The position numbers were made by a program, and so were the translations under genes. 23,242 nt of DNA from Pseudomonadota bacterium (GTDB lineage: Bacteria; Bdellovibrionota; FAC87; UBA2466). The DNA is taken from NCBI GenBank assembly GCA_043718025.1, contig JAYSWN010000156.1, forward strand, positions 1 to 23,242. Direction: 5' to 3'. How positions within the stretch are numbered: the first letter of the stretch is position 1; every line of letters begins with the position of its first letter. Below are positions 14,863-23,242 of the stretch, one piece after another. Below the pieces are notes generated by a model. It had not been told where the DNA came from. It did not search any database and saw only the letters and a list, made by a program, of their open reading frames with translations.

Positions 14863-16407
14863 TTAAGTGGGCTCGGTGGGTTTGTATTCCAGGCGCGGAA
14901 ATAGCGGCGTTGGCTTGGCGAACTGAAAGGCACTAGCCCCTTTTTGCCAGCCCACGAACTGCCAAACATTGTTGTCCGCTAAGCCTTTAGTCTCGCCGAT
15001 CATGGCCAACGCCTTGTTGGCCGAAGTCGGTATAAAGGGTTTTAGCAACAAACTCACAACTCTCATGCATTCGCGCCAGGTGAGAAGATGGGTTCGCAAC
15101 GAAGCCCTAGCGCCGTCTTCATTCGCCTTGGCCAACGCCCAAGGCTGCGTCTTTTCGATATCGAGACTTACGAAGCCAATGATTTGGGTGACCGATTCAA
15201 GAGCTTTTTCGAAGTGATAGGCGTCGATCTGCTTAGTGTATTCGTGAATCGTATTTTGAATCACCGGCGGGCAGTCCAGTTTTTCAACCGCTATCTCTTC
15301 CTCGCCCAGGTACTTTAAGATCATCGAAGCGATTCGACTGATACTGTTTCCAAAATCATTGGCCAGATCTGAGTTGATCCGCCGGTACATCACCTCGCGC
15401 GTGTATTCGCCATCTTGCCCGAATGAAAATTCACGAAATAAAAAGTAACGTAAGCCATCCACGCCCACTTCATCGGCCAACGCCATGGGATCGATCGCAT
15501 TGCCGAGAGATTTGCCAATTTTACGATTTGAATCGGTGAGCCAGCCGTGGGCCACAATCTGCTTAGGCAACGGCAAGTCCAACGCCATCAAAAATGTGGG
15601 CCAGTAAACGGCGTGAAACTTGATGATATCTTTACCGACGATATGAATGGCCGACGACCAGTACTTGGTAAACTCGGGAGTGTCCGTTCCCAACGCTGAA
15701 ATGTAGTTGGTCAGCGCATCGAACCAAACGTAAACCTTGTGTTCTTTTTTTGCTTTGCCGTCAGTCGGCATGGCAATGCCCCACGTGATTGTGGTGCGGC
15801 TGATGCTAATGTCACGGATATCTTGGCGCAAAAAACCCAACACTTCGTTCTTACGGCTTTCCGGAAAAATAAAATCGGGGTTTTTCTCAATGTGCTCGCG
15901 CAGCTTAGCCGCATAGGCCGACATCTTGAAAAAATAGCTCTCTTCTTTCAACTTCTCCACCGGACGGCCGCACTCTGGGCACTTGCCCTCCACCAATTGA
16001 GTTTCGGTGAGGTAAGTCTCGTCGGGGACGCAATACCAACCTTCGTATTCATTTAGGTACACGTCGCCTTTTTCCATCAGCCGCGCTATGTACTGGTGAA
16101 CCACTTTCTTGTGCCGCTCTTCAGTAGTGCGAATAAAATCGTCGTTGGTGATGCCGTATTTGTCCCACGCCGCTTGATAACGCTGCACCACCCGGTCGAC
16201 CAGTTGCTGCGGAGTTTCGTTGGTCTCGCGCGCCTTCTTCTCAATCTTTTGACCATGCTCGTCGGTGCCGGTCAAAAACCGAACGTCGTCGCCAATCATA
16301 CGGTGGTAGCGAGCCAAAATGTCGGCGGCTACCGTAGTGTACAGGTGGCCGATGTGCGGCGCGTCCGTCACATAATAAATTGGGGTGGTGACGTAATACG
16401 GTTTCAA
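14863..16407 (-). CDS. metG: Methionine--tRNA ligase, short form without the C-terminal tRNA-binding domain
   Basis: TTPIYY, PHIGH, FLTGTDEHGQK, a single knuckle CVPD...CPEC, YVWFDAL, GKDI and the KMSKS-equivalent KIGKS. The TTG start overlaps the holB stop. Confidence 0.96.
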   Translation of the reverse strand: MKPYYVTTPIYYVTDAPHIGHLYTTVAADILARYHRMIGDDVRFLTGTDEHGQKIEKKARETNETPQQLVDRVVQRYQAAWDKYGITNDDFIRTTEERHKKVVHQYIARLMEKGDVYLNEYEGWYCVPDETYLTETQLVEGKCPECGRPVEKLKEESYFFKMSAYAAKLREHIEKNPDFIFPESRKNEVLGFLRQDIRDISISRTTITWGIAMPTDGKAKKEHKVYVWFDALTNYISALGTDTPEFTKYWSSAIHIVGKDIIKFHAVYWPTFLMALDLPLPKQIVAHGWLTDSNRKIGKSLGNAIDPMALADEVGVDGLRYFLFREFSFGQDGEYTREVMYRRINSDLANDFGNSISRIASMILKYLGEEEIAVEKLDCPPVIQNTIHEYTKQIDAYHFEKALESVTQIIGFVSLDIEKTQPWALAKANEDGARASLRTHLLTWRECMRVVSLLLKPFIPTSANKALAMIGETKGLADNNVWQFVGWQKGASAFQFAKPTPLFPRLEYKPTEPT

Positions 16408-17258
16408 GTGCGTTCTCCCTGCAACTCGGAGCGAAAAAAAACTTCGAACATTAAAGCGTAGTTGGCCTGAGACCGCAATCGACTCTCCAGCTCCACGGCT
16501 TTCTCAAATTTATAGATCAATTCGTATTGCGACCATTGTTTGAAAAAAGAGTCGGCATTCTCTTTGTCGACGGCGGCATTGCGAAGTTGGGTTTGGATAA
16601 ACGAGACCCAGCGCACGCCCTTTTCACGATCTTTTTCCACTTCGGATAAGGCCTCGGGAATTCGCCCATGGCGAGCCCACTCGCCAAAGGCGGCGGCAAT
16701 CTCCGTATCGTCCGACGATGGCAAGGCCGAAACCACACTGGTGCCCAGGCTCATTTCTAAACAACGAGAACGAATCGTGGCCAACATACTGTTGGGCTGA
16801 CTCGCCAGTAGCCAGAGCAACCGATTTTCGCGCGGCTCTTCCAAAGTTTTTAAAAAAGCATTTGCCGCCGCCACGTTCATGCGATCGGCGTTGTCGAGCA
16901 CGCCAATTTTAAAGGGGGCTTCGGTCTGGCCAATATCGAGCTCACCACAAAATTGTCGGACTTGCTCAATGCGAATGAAATCGGTGGGCTTACTATCAAA
17001 GATCACCAAGTCCGGGTGCATCCCATTTTTAAGGCGGTAACAAATTGTACACTTTTCGCAAGGCATCCCACTCTTCTGAGACTCGCAAAAAAGTACTTTT
17101 GCCATCTCAACCGTAAGTTGCCGACGACGTTCCGCAGTTTGCCCAGTAAAAATTACGGCGTGGTGCAAGCGGCCGCCTTTTAGCCAGTGCAGCACCTCTA
17201 GCTCGGCCCCACTCTTAAAATAAGGTGCCGGGGGTTTTACCGGGGGCCGTAAAATCAC
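16404..17258 (-). CDS. holB: DNA polymerase III subunit delta'
   Basis: Zn module C...CEKCTIC, HPD, IRIEQVR, AANAFLKTLEEP and TIRSRC, with a degenerate P-loop as expected for delta'. Directly downstream of tmk. Confidence 0.88.
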   Translation of the reverse strand: MILRPPVKPPAPYFKSGAELEVLHWLKGGRLHHAVIFTGQTAERRRQLTVEMAKVLFCESQKSGMPCEKCTICYRLKNGMHPDLVIFDSKPTDFIRIEQVRQFCGELDIGQTEAPFKIGVLDNADRMNVAAANAFLKTLEEPRENRLLWLLASQPNSMLATIRSRCLEMSLGTSVVSALPSSDDTEIAAAFGEWARHGRIPEALSEVEKDREKGVRWVSFIQTQLRNAAVDKENADSFFKQWSQYELIYKFEKAVELESRLRSQANYALMFEVFFRSELQGERT

Positions 17259-17908
17259 TTTCTCTCCAAACGTGAAAACACCGCTTTTTCGATGGCCGTA
17301 AAAACTTCATCCGGAGTGGTCGTGGCGTCCACCACTTTGAAATGTCTGGGGTGCTTTCGCGCCAGCTTCAAAAAGCCTCGCCGCACCTTTTCGTGGAACG
17401 AAACACTCTCTAGCTCCAGCCGATCGAGCCCTTTGCGTTTTTTTAGGCGCTGCTGAGAGACTTTTACCGGAATGTCTAATAGCAGCACCAGATCGGGGGC
17501 CCGATCGAAAGTGGCAAAGTCGTTGAGCCCCTCGATCGTCGTTTCACCCAAGCCCCGGCATATGCCCTGGTAAACGGTAGAGGAGTGCATCGAGCGATCC
17601 GAGATCACCACTTTTCCGGCGGCCAACGCCGGCAGAATTTTTTCTTGAAAATTTTGCGACCGGTCGGCCTCATAAAGCAGCACTTCGGCCCGCGACGCCA
17701 TCTCAGTGTGTTTTCGATTCAACAGGATGGCCCGAATTTTTTTACCGATGGTGGTACCACCCGGCTCGCAGGTAATGACCACTTCGTAGCCGCGCCGGCG
17801 CAGAGCCGTGACCAGACGTTTTCGCTGCGTTGATTTTCCGCCCCCTTCACCGCCTTCAAAGGCAACGAACAGCCCTTTTTTGCGTCGTGGCGCAATGCTT
17901 TTTCCCAT
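17255..17908 (-). CDS. tmk: Thymidylate kinase
   Basis: FEGGEGGGKSTQ P-loop, EPGGT, VISDR, YQG and PDLVLLLD. ATG 17908 is preferred over TTG 17914. Confidence 0.95.
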   Translation of the reverse strand: MGKSIAPRRKKGLFVAFEGGEGGGKSTQRKRLVTALRRRGYEVVITCEPGGTTIGKKIRAILLNRKHTEMASRAEVLLYEADRSQNFQEKILPALAAGKVVISDRSMHSSTVYQGICRGLGETTIEGLNDFATFDRAPDLVLLLDIPVKVSQQRLKKRKGLDRLELESVSFHEKVRRGFLKLARKHPRHFKVVDATTTPDEVFTAIEKAVFSRLERK

Positions 17909-17940
17909 GGGCAATTGTTACCGCACTGGTGACGGTACGG

Positions 17941-18243
17941 CTAGGGGAGGGTTTGTAGTTCTTTGGCCTGTTCCATCATCTCTTTCAGCATCTCCATTTG
18001 GCCCTGAAAGTAGTCACCGGTTACGGCCAAAAGAAAGTAGGTAAAAGCAAGTATCGCCAACGAACCAAGTATCTTTGTGCGCCGCTTAAAGCGCGGGTTT
18101 CGCCATAGCAAAGGCAGGGCAAGTGGGCCGAGTACCGCGGTAGCCGTAAGAAAGGTGGGAATGCTATCGATGATACGAATCTTTTGGCCAGAACCGGCTG
18201 ATTTTAGGGCTTCCGTAGGAGGAGTAGGGTCATTGGTTAACAT
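17941..18243 (-). CDS. Small hypothetical membrane protein (two hydrophobic segments)
   Basis: FLTATAVLGPLALPLLWRNPRFKRRTKILGSLAILAFTYFLLAV. Start is uncertain (18243, 18252 or 18294); TATAAT-N7-ATG favours 18243. Confidence 0.65.
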   Translation of the reverse strand: MLTNDPTPPTEALKSAGSGQKIRIIDSIPTFLTATAVLGPLALPLLWRNPRFKRRTKILGSLAILAFTYFLLAVTGDYFQGQMEMLKEMMEQAKELQTLP

Positions 18244-18324
18244 GCTTGCCATTATAGGCTGAAAATAGAAACGGGATGGAAAGAAGCTCTCCACCCCGTC
18301 AGCTCAATCTGTATTCACCCTTAT

Positions 18325-18774
18325 TTAAGGAAGGTCGTTTAGCCCCTTTGCATCGGCTAGGCATTCGGCCATCGCCGGGTACTGCTGGTATGGCAGGGCA
18401 ACCGGTTGAGCCAGCTCATTGTACAGCCACCGCTGCAACGTATTCTGAGTCACCGAACACGTTGCCACTATTTTCGAGGTGGCCAGCTGCGAGCGTTTAG
18501 CGCGCAGCTCGACGGCTTGCGCCAGGCAGGCTTCGCGTGATCCGATGTAGATCTGTTTGGTGTTGCGCTCACCGTAAACGTTGGCGGCAATAATGCGCAT
18601 GTAGCCGGGTCCGGTTGGACAGTCGAATAGCAAATGCGCTACCGGGCCACAAATTCCGTAACCGGGGCCAACCAGTCCCGGAGGAATCGGCGCCACCGGA
18701 GCCCCGGGCACCTCACCTTGAGCGTATCCGGCCATTCCCGCGAATAATGCCAAATTAAATAATAGAGTCCTCAC
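18325..18774 (-). CDS. Secreted Cys-containing hypothetical protein
   Basis: Strong SD (GGGGAGGT) before the GTG, signal peptide MRTLLFNLALFAGMAGYA, five Cys and an internal CLAxAxxL repeat. Confidence 0.75.
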   Translation of the reverse strand: MRTLLFNLALFAGMAGYAQGEVPGAPVAPIPPGLVGPGYGICGPVAHLLFDCPTGPGYMRIIAANVYGERNTKQIYIGSREACLAQAVELRAKRSQLATSKIVATCSVTQNTLQRWLYNELAQPVALPYQQYPAMAECLADAKGLNDLP

Positions 18775-18872
18775 CTAACTACCTCCCCGTGATTGAGCCT
18801 TTCCCCGTGAAGAGAACAACCTTCGGCCCAAAAGTATTGCTGTGTTGATTTTCGACCCGGCTGTTGTCGATT

Positions 18873-21164
18873 TTATTCCTGCGGATAAATCCGCAGGTAA
18901 AAACGTTTCTTCGACACCGGTTTTACGCGATCGGTGCGATTAAAGATTTTGACGTAGGCGAAGTCCACGCAGCTCTTGTCATCGCGATTGAATTCATCGC
19001 AAACGCCACGAACCGCCACTTCAACCGGCAGCACATCGCCTTCGTTTTTGATCTCGAAGACAAGAGGCTGAGCCGCTTCATTTTCCCAAGCGATGGCGCC
19101 TTGAATCGGACCACCCTTAAGCCCCACTTCAACCTTGATCGGGTACTCGAACTGGTACGACGGGCTGCTCTTTAAATTCAGATTCAACGTAAAGGCCTTA
19201 CGCTCGTCTTTCTTAAGATTTAGACGAATCGGGTTTTGGCGCGATCCGGGGCTATTGGCCACCACCTCTTGCTCCCCGTTCTTAAAGGAGAATGAGGCCA
19301 CCGGCGATCCATCGACGTTGAAGTTACGACCGGCCAACGCTTTTAGAATCGTGGCGCGAAACTCGCCCGCCGAACGCACCGGAGCATTGCCACGCTGATC
19401 GGCAAACAGCATTCGCTCGTACCACCCATTGGCGGTAAGCGCCGGATTGTTGCGCGATAAGCGCATCGCTTCCATGACGAGATCGGTGATTTTGGTCAAA
19501 CCCGCCCGGCCATCTTTGGCGATCGCGGCTTCGAGCATGTCGTTCATCGACCCGCCGTAGGCTTCGCCATCATCGTGCACTTCGTTGGTCAGATTAAAAC
19601 CGGTGTGGTTAATGACCCGCATTTTCTCTTTGCCGGGAAAGGTTTGGGTGTTGGTAACATCGTTGAGCACCATCTGCGCGACGAAATCGGCCATGCCCTC
19701 GCTTAGGCCGCCGGTGTCGGCCAGCCGCAGCTGATCTCCCATCAAGCGATCCATCACGCCGTGACCCAGCTCATGCCAGATCGTGGTGTTGTCGCGCGCC
19801 ATATTGGCGTGAGATGGCGAGTAAGTGGTGAAGTTGATGGTGTCTTCGTTGTAGTACGCATTGTTTCGCATCGAAACATCGGGGTCATACAAGAAGGCGT
19901 TGAACCGGCGAGTCGACAGTTCCGGATCGGTAAAGCCCATCGGACGAAGGGCATCGAACATGCGGTTTATCGACCAGTACACCTGCATCTCATCAAACCC
20001 GTCGTTCAAGTATTCTACGGCACTGTGATCGGCTAGGCGGCGCGCCGGCCGGGTCAGAGATTCACCGGCCGTTTTCAATGGCTTTCCCCGCAGGGTAGTG
20101 GTGGGGATCATCTCTTCGACCTGTGGATCCTCGGAAGAGGGTTTGAAACTCGCCAAATAAATTGAGGTCGGGGCGGGAACAAAGTTCAACTCTTTAAAGG
20201 TAGCGGGAACCTTGGGTTCCAAGTTGATCGTAGCGTAGCGCCCTTCGAGTACCACTAGGCCGGCGGCAAAAGTGTTGTCGATCAGCGGCACCTTAGAGAA
20301 GAGTTCGGCGGCTTGATCTTTGAGAAAACTCAACGACCAGAAACCAGCCTTGCGCCCTTCCACCGTCAAGCCGAGTAACGGATCATACTTGTTATCGAAA
20401 TAGCGTTGGGCTTTTAACGGCGCGTAAACGTCAGGCTGATTCGCGGCCACTTTTGAGGAGAGGTACGGCAACGTGCTGTCGATACGCGGCAGTAGACCGC
20501 CGCGATCTTCTTCAATCTCTTCGTAAATGGGGTAAACTTTTACCGGTAACGAAAATTCGGCCGCCGTATCGTGGCCCAGGGGACCAGAAACTTGAGGAAA
20601 CTCCTCGTACCGTTGCGAAAGCAATCGTCGCTCAGCAATCGAAATTTCGATCGTGTGCGTGCCGTGTTTTCCTTTTACCCTAACCGCGCGCACCAATTGG
20701 GCGTTATCCCAGTAATCTTCCCACTTCACCCCGCGAATAGAGCGATCGTCCAGGTGAGTTTTCACCACCCGCTGCACGATCTCCATCGTGGCCCGTGAAC
20801 TTAAAAAGGCATTGGCCGAGAGAAAGCGAAGAGTTTTTTCCGGAAGCGGCGTGTCGACGGTGGCTTCGGCTTGAATTAGCTCGCCCCCTTCTAAAGTGGT
20901 CCAAAGCTGCAAGCTCTTGCGTTTGAGGGGAATGTTATTTCCGACCTGGGCAAAATAGACGTAACGACTGGTGGCAAGCGGCCGGTCCTCAATTTTTTTA
21001 AAGTCTTTCTCAGTTAACGAAAAACCAGTCTTCGTATTTAAGACCTCTAAAACGTGCGCCAAGTTGCCATTTTTATCGTCGAACCCCGTCCACCGGACGG
21101 CTTTAGTTTCCGCAAAAGAAATTCCCGTTACGACCAGAGCCAACACCAAACCAAGCTGCTTCAT
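18873..21164 (-). CDS. Secreted zinc metalloprotease, M36 fungalysin/M4 thermolysin-like
   Basis: Signal peptide MKQLGLVLALVVTGISFA, FTP-like propeptide (SRYVYFAQVGNNIPL), NNAYY, HELGH (HExxH), third ligand in GGLSEGMADF and EVHDDGE. ATG 21164 follows GGGGGGA. Confidence 0.85.
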   Translation of the reverse strand: MKQLGLVLALVVTGISFAETKAVRWTGFDDKNGNLAHVLEVLNTKTGFSLTEKDFKKIEDRPLATSRYVYFAQVGNNIPLKRKSLQLWTTLEGGELIQAEATVDTPLPEKTLRFLSANAFLSSRATMEIVQRVVKTHLDDRSIRGVKWEDYWDNAQLVRAVRVKGKHGTHTIEISIAERRLLSQRYEEFPQVSGPLGHDTAAEFSLPVKVYPIYEEIEEDRGGLLPRIDSTLPYLSSKVAANQPDVYAPLKAQRYFDNKYDPLLGLTVEGRKAGFWSLSFLKDQAAELFSKVPLIDNTFAAGLVVLEGRYATINLEPKVPATFKELNFVPAPTSIYLASFKPSSEDPQVEEMIPTTTLRGKPLKTAGESLTRPARRLADHSAVEYLNDGFDEMQVYWSINRMFDALRPMGFTDPELSTRRFNAFLYDPDVSMRNNAYYNEDTINFTTYSPSHANMARDNTTIWHELGHGVMDRLMGDQLRLADTGGLSEGMADFVAQMVLNDVTNTQTFPGKEKMRVINHTGFNLTNEVHDDGEAYGGSMNDMLEAAIAKDGRAGLTKITDLVMEAMRLSRNNPALTANGWYERMLFADQRGNAPVRSAGEFRATILKALAGRNFNVDGSPVASFSFKNGEQEVVANSPGSRQNPIRLNLKKDERKAFTLNLNLKSSPSYQFEYPIKVEVGLKGGPIQGAIAWENEAAQPLVFEIKNEGDVLPVEVAVRGVCDEFNRDDKSCVDFAYVKIFNRTDRVKPVSKKRFYLRIYPQE

Positions 21165-21230
21165 GAATCCCCCCAAAATCGGATAGTCCACCCGACTGGT
21201 TAGGGAAACAACGGAGAGCGAAGTAAGGCG

Positions 21231-21983
21231 TTAACTTATTGCATCGGGGGCCACGCCCCAAGCGCGCAAAATTTGGCTCTCTTCTTCAGCGCTGGTGTAT
21301 TTGCGGTACAGCGCTTTGGCCTTACCCTTCACTCTTTTTTCGCACTGCGCCCAAGTTTCGTGGCGGCAGGCTTTGCCGTCGACAAGACTTAAGTAGCCCA
21401 TCGCTTTTCCGGCGTTCTTTTTCTTGGGGACGGCGATCGCATCGGCGGAAGGAAGCTCGAGCGGGATGTCGTAGTCGCTAGCTTCGCCGTGAAACAGATT
21501 CCGCTTTTGGTTTTTTGCAAAACCGGTGGCAATTTCGTCGGCACGTTCGTTGCCAGCAATTCCTGAATGACCCGGCACGTAGTCTAAAGTGACTTTGGTT
21601 TGCCCTTTGATCCGCTTCCAGACCACTAAGAGAATTTCCCATAGGTCGCGGTTGACTACAGGCGTTCCAGTGGCCGTCATCCAGTTCTTTTTTTGCCAGC
21701 CGTAGACCCACTGCGTTATGCCTTGGATAACGTAACGGGAGTCGGTAAATATTTTTACTTCGACTGGTGAATGACCGCCGAGACTATCGGAAAGAAAACG
21801 GAGTGACTCGGTAACCGCCGTAATCTCCATGCGGTTATTGGTGGTGGCCTCGGCCGCGCCGCCAAGTTCCGAAATGGTCCCCTCGGCTTTTTTTAGCACG
21901 GCGCCCCAGCCGCCCGGCCCGGGATTTCCCGAGCAAGCGCCGTCGCAATAGATGAGATGAAATTTTTGACTCGTGCTCTCCAT
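21231..21983 (-). CDS. rnhA: Ribonuclease HI with C-terminal hybrid-binding (Cauli_VI/viroplasmin-like) domain
   Basis: Catalytic set YCDGACSGNPGPGGWG, TNNRME, FTDSRY, VNRDLW and GHSGIAGNERAD. C-terminal TWAQCEKRVKG...YRKYTSAEE. Confidence 0.92.
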   Translation of the reverse strand: MESTSQKFHLIYCDGACSGNPGPGGWGAVLKKAEGTISELGGAAEATTNNRMEITAVTESLRFLSDSLGGHSPVEVKIFTDSRYVIQGITQWVYGWQKKNWMTATGTPVVNRDLWEILLVVWKRIKGQTKVTLDYVPGHSGIAGNERADEIATGFAKNQKRNLFHGEASDYDIPLELPSADAIAVPKKKNAGKAMGYLSLVDGKACRHETWAQCEKRVKGKAKALYRKYTSAEEESQILRAWGVAPDAIS

Positions 21984-22035
21984 TTACGGTGTTTGGAAGC
22001 TACCCGAGGCCGGAGGAATCGGGTAGGCCTTACTT

Positions 22036-23205
22036 ATGATTGAGAAAGCCCACAAAGTTCAGTGCCCCAACTGCGGCACCCAAATTTCACTTACCGAAGC
22101 GTTAAGCGCCGAAGTGGAAGAGCGCTACAAGGCCGACTACCAAAAACGGATGGCGGCGTCCGAAAATGACTATAAAGAACGCGCCCGCAACTTTGAAAAA
22201 AAATTGCGCGACCAGCTCACCCAAGATCGCAAAGTAGAATTAGACGACCTGAAAAATCAACTCGGAGAAAAGGCAAAGAAGCTTGAACTGGCGGAGGCTA
22301 ACGAACTCGATTTGCGTAAACGCGCCCGAGAACTTGAAGAGAAGGAAAAAGGGATGGCGCTGGAGCTCCAGCGTCAGGTGGATGAAGAGCGCAAAAAAAT
22401 TAGCGAAGAGGTTGGCCGTCGGGTCAGCGACGATTTCCGCATGAAGGGTTTAGAAAAAGACAAACAGCTAGACGACATGCGTAAGCAGATCGAAGAGTTA
22501 AAACGCAAGGCCGAGCATTCTTCTGAGCAACGGCAGGGCGAAGTGATGGAGCTTGAGTTTGAATCGACGCTGCGAACCCAATTTCCTACTGACACCATTG
22601 AGCCCGTGGCCAAAGGCATTCGCGGGGCCGACGTTATTCAAAGAGTGATGTTGCCCCTAGGGCAAGTGGCGGGCCAGATCGTTTGGGAAATGAAACGCAC
22701 CCGCACCTGGAGCGACGGCTGGATTGAGAAGCTGAAAGAAGATCAACGGGCGCTTCGCGCCGAGTTTGCCGTGATCGTCACCCAGACCATGCCCAAAGAC
22801 GCTCGCGGGCTGTGCTTGATTGACGGCGTTTGGGTAACCGAGTTCAGCTCGGCCATGGGCTTGGGCCACGCCTTGCGCGGCCAACTCATTCAGCTGTTCC
22901 ACATGCAAAATGCGGCCTCCGGTAAAGGCGAGAAGATGGAGCTGCTCTATAACTATTTAACTGGCGTCTCCTTTCGCCAACGCGTGGAGGCCATCGTCGA
23001 AGCCTTTCAAGCGATGCAGGCCGATCTGGATCGCGAAAAACGCGCCTTTCAAAAAATGTGGGCGTCTCGTGAACAGCAGTTGGGACGGGTGCTAAACAAC
23101 ACGGCTGGAATGTACGGCGACATCCAAGGCATCGTGGGCGCCAGCTTGCCCAAGATTGATACGCTCGAATTAGAAGCCGCTACGCCCCCACTTTTGGAGC
23201 AATAA
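22036..23205 (+). CDS. DUF2130 domain protein (Zn-ribbon start, coiled coil, restriction-endonuclease-like domain)
   Basis: CPNCG, a long coiled coil, QGEVMELEFE, GADVIQ and IVWEMKRTRTWSDGWIEKLKEDQR, as typical of DUF2130. Confidence 0.85.
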   Translation: MIEKAHKVQCPNCGTQISLTEALSAEVEERYKADYQKRMAASENDYKERARNFEKKLRDQLTQDRKVELDDLKNQLGEKAKKLELAEANELDLRKRARELEEKEKGMALELQRQVDEERKKISEEVGRRVSDDFRMKGLEKDKQLDDMRKQIEELKRKAEHSSEQRQGEVMELEFESTLRTQFPTDTIEPVAKGIRGADVIQRVMLPLGQVAGQIVWEMKRTRTWSDGWIEKLKEDQRALRAEFAVIVTQTMPKDARGLCLIDGVWVTEFSSAMGLGHALRGQLIQLFHMQNAASGKGEKMELLYNYLTGVSFRQRVEAIVEAFQAMQADLDREKRAFQKMWASREQQLGRVLNNTAGMYGDIQGIVGASLPKIDTLELEAATPPLLEQ

Positions 23206-23211
23206 AGGTGT

Positions 23212-23238
23212 CCGGAAAGGTGCCCATCCCCTTTCCGG
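23212..23238. terminator. Hairpin after the DUF2130 gene, possible terminator
   Basis: CCGGAAAGG-N9-CCTTTCCGG 9-bp stem. No U-tract is visible before the window ends. Confidence 0.4.
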
Positions 23239-23242
23239 CCGG

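Noticed and set aside
17115..17160. Missing Walker A lysine in HolB (FTGQTAERRRQ) as a sign of pseudogenisation
   Set aside because: Delta' normally lacks a functional ATP site, and the Zn module, LKTLEEP and SRC motifs are intact.
927..22908. Numerous 60-145-aa ORFs nested in or antisense to the main genes
   Set aside because: They overlap well-supported genes and show no motifs or RBS; they are expected shadow ORFs.

Overview
Bacterial chromosomal window of moderate GC, mostly housekeeping and envelope genes. Gene content and promoter style suggest a Bdellovibrionota or former-Deltaproteobacteria organism (inference only). From left to right it holds: a minus-strand tolQ-tolR-tolA-tolB operon whose next gene is a YbaN/DUF454 gene rather than pal (this gene is missed by the ORF track and runs off the left edge); trmFO; a secreted Gly/Asn/Gln-rich hypothetical; a ~540-bp regulatory region; an orphan CpaF/TadA pilus ATPase; plsB; an M14 zinc carboxypeptidase; ung; a GNAT plus polysaccharide-deacetylase pair; tmk-holB-metG-tatD; two small hypotheticals; a secreted M36/M4-like metalloprotease; an RNase HI with a C-terminal hybrid-binding domain; and a DUF2130 protein. 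The most interesting part is the intergenic region 5997-6539. It appears to encode an unannotated ~120-nt sigma54-dependent small RNA (promoter plus an orphan 15-bp terminator). It also holds a second sigma54 promoter for the secreted protein, a 19-bp TGT-N13-ACA site upstream of each sigma54 promoter, IHF-like sites, and a divergent sigma28 (FliA) promoter for the orphan Tad ATPase. I saw no rRNA, tRNA, CRISPR array or mobile element.
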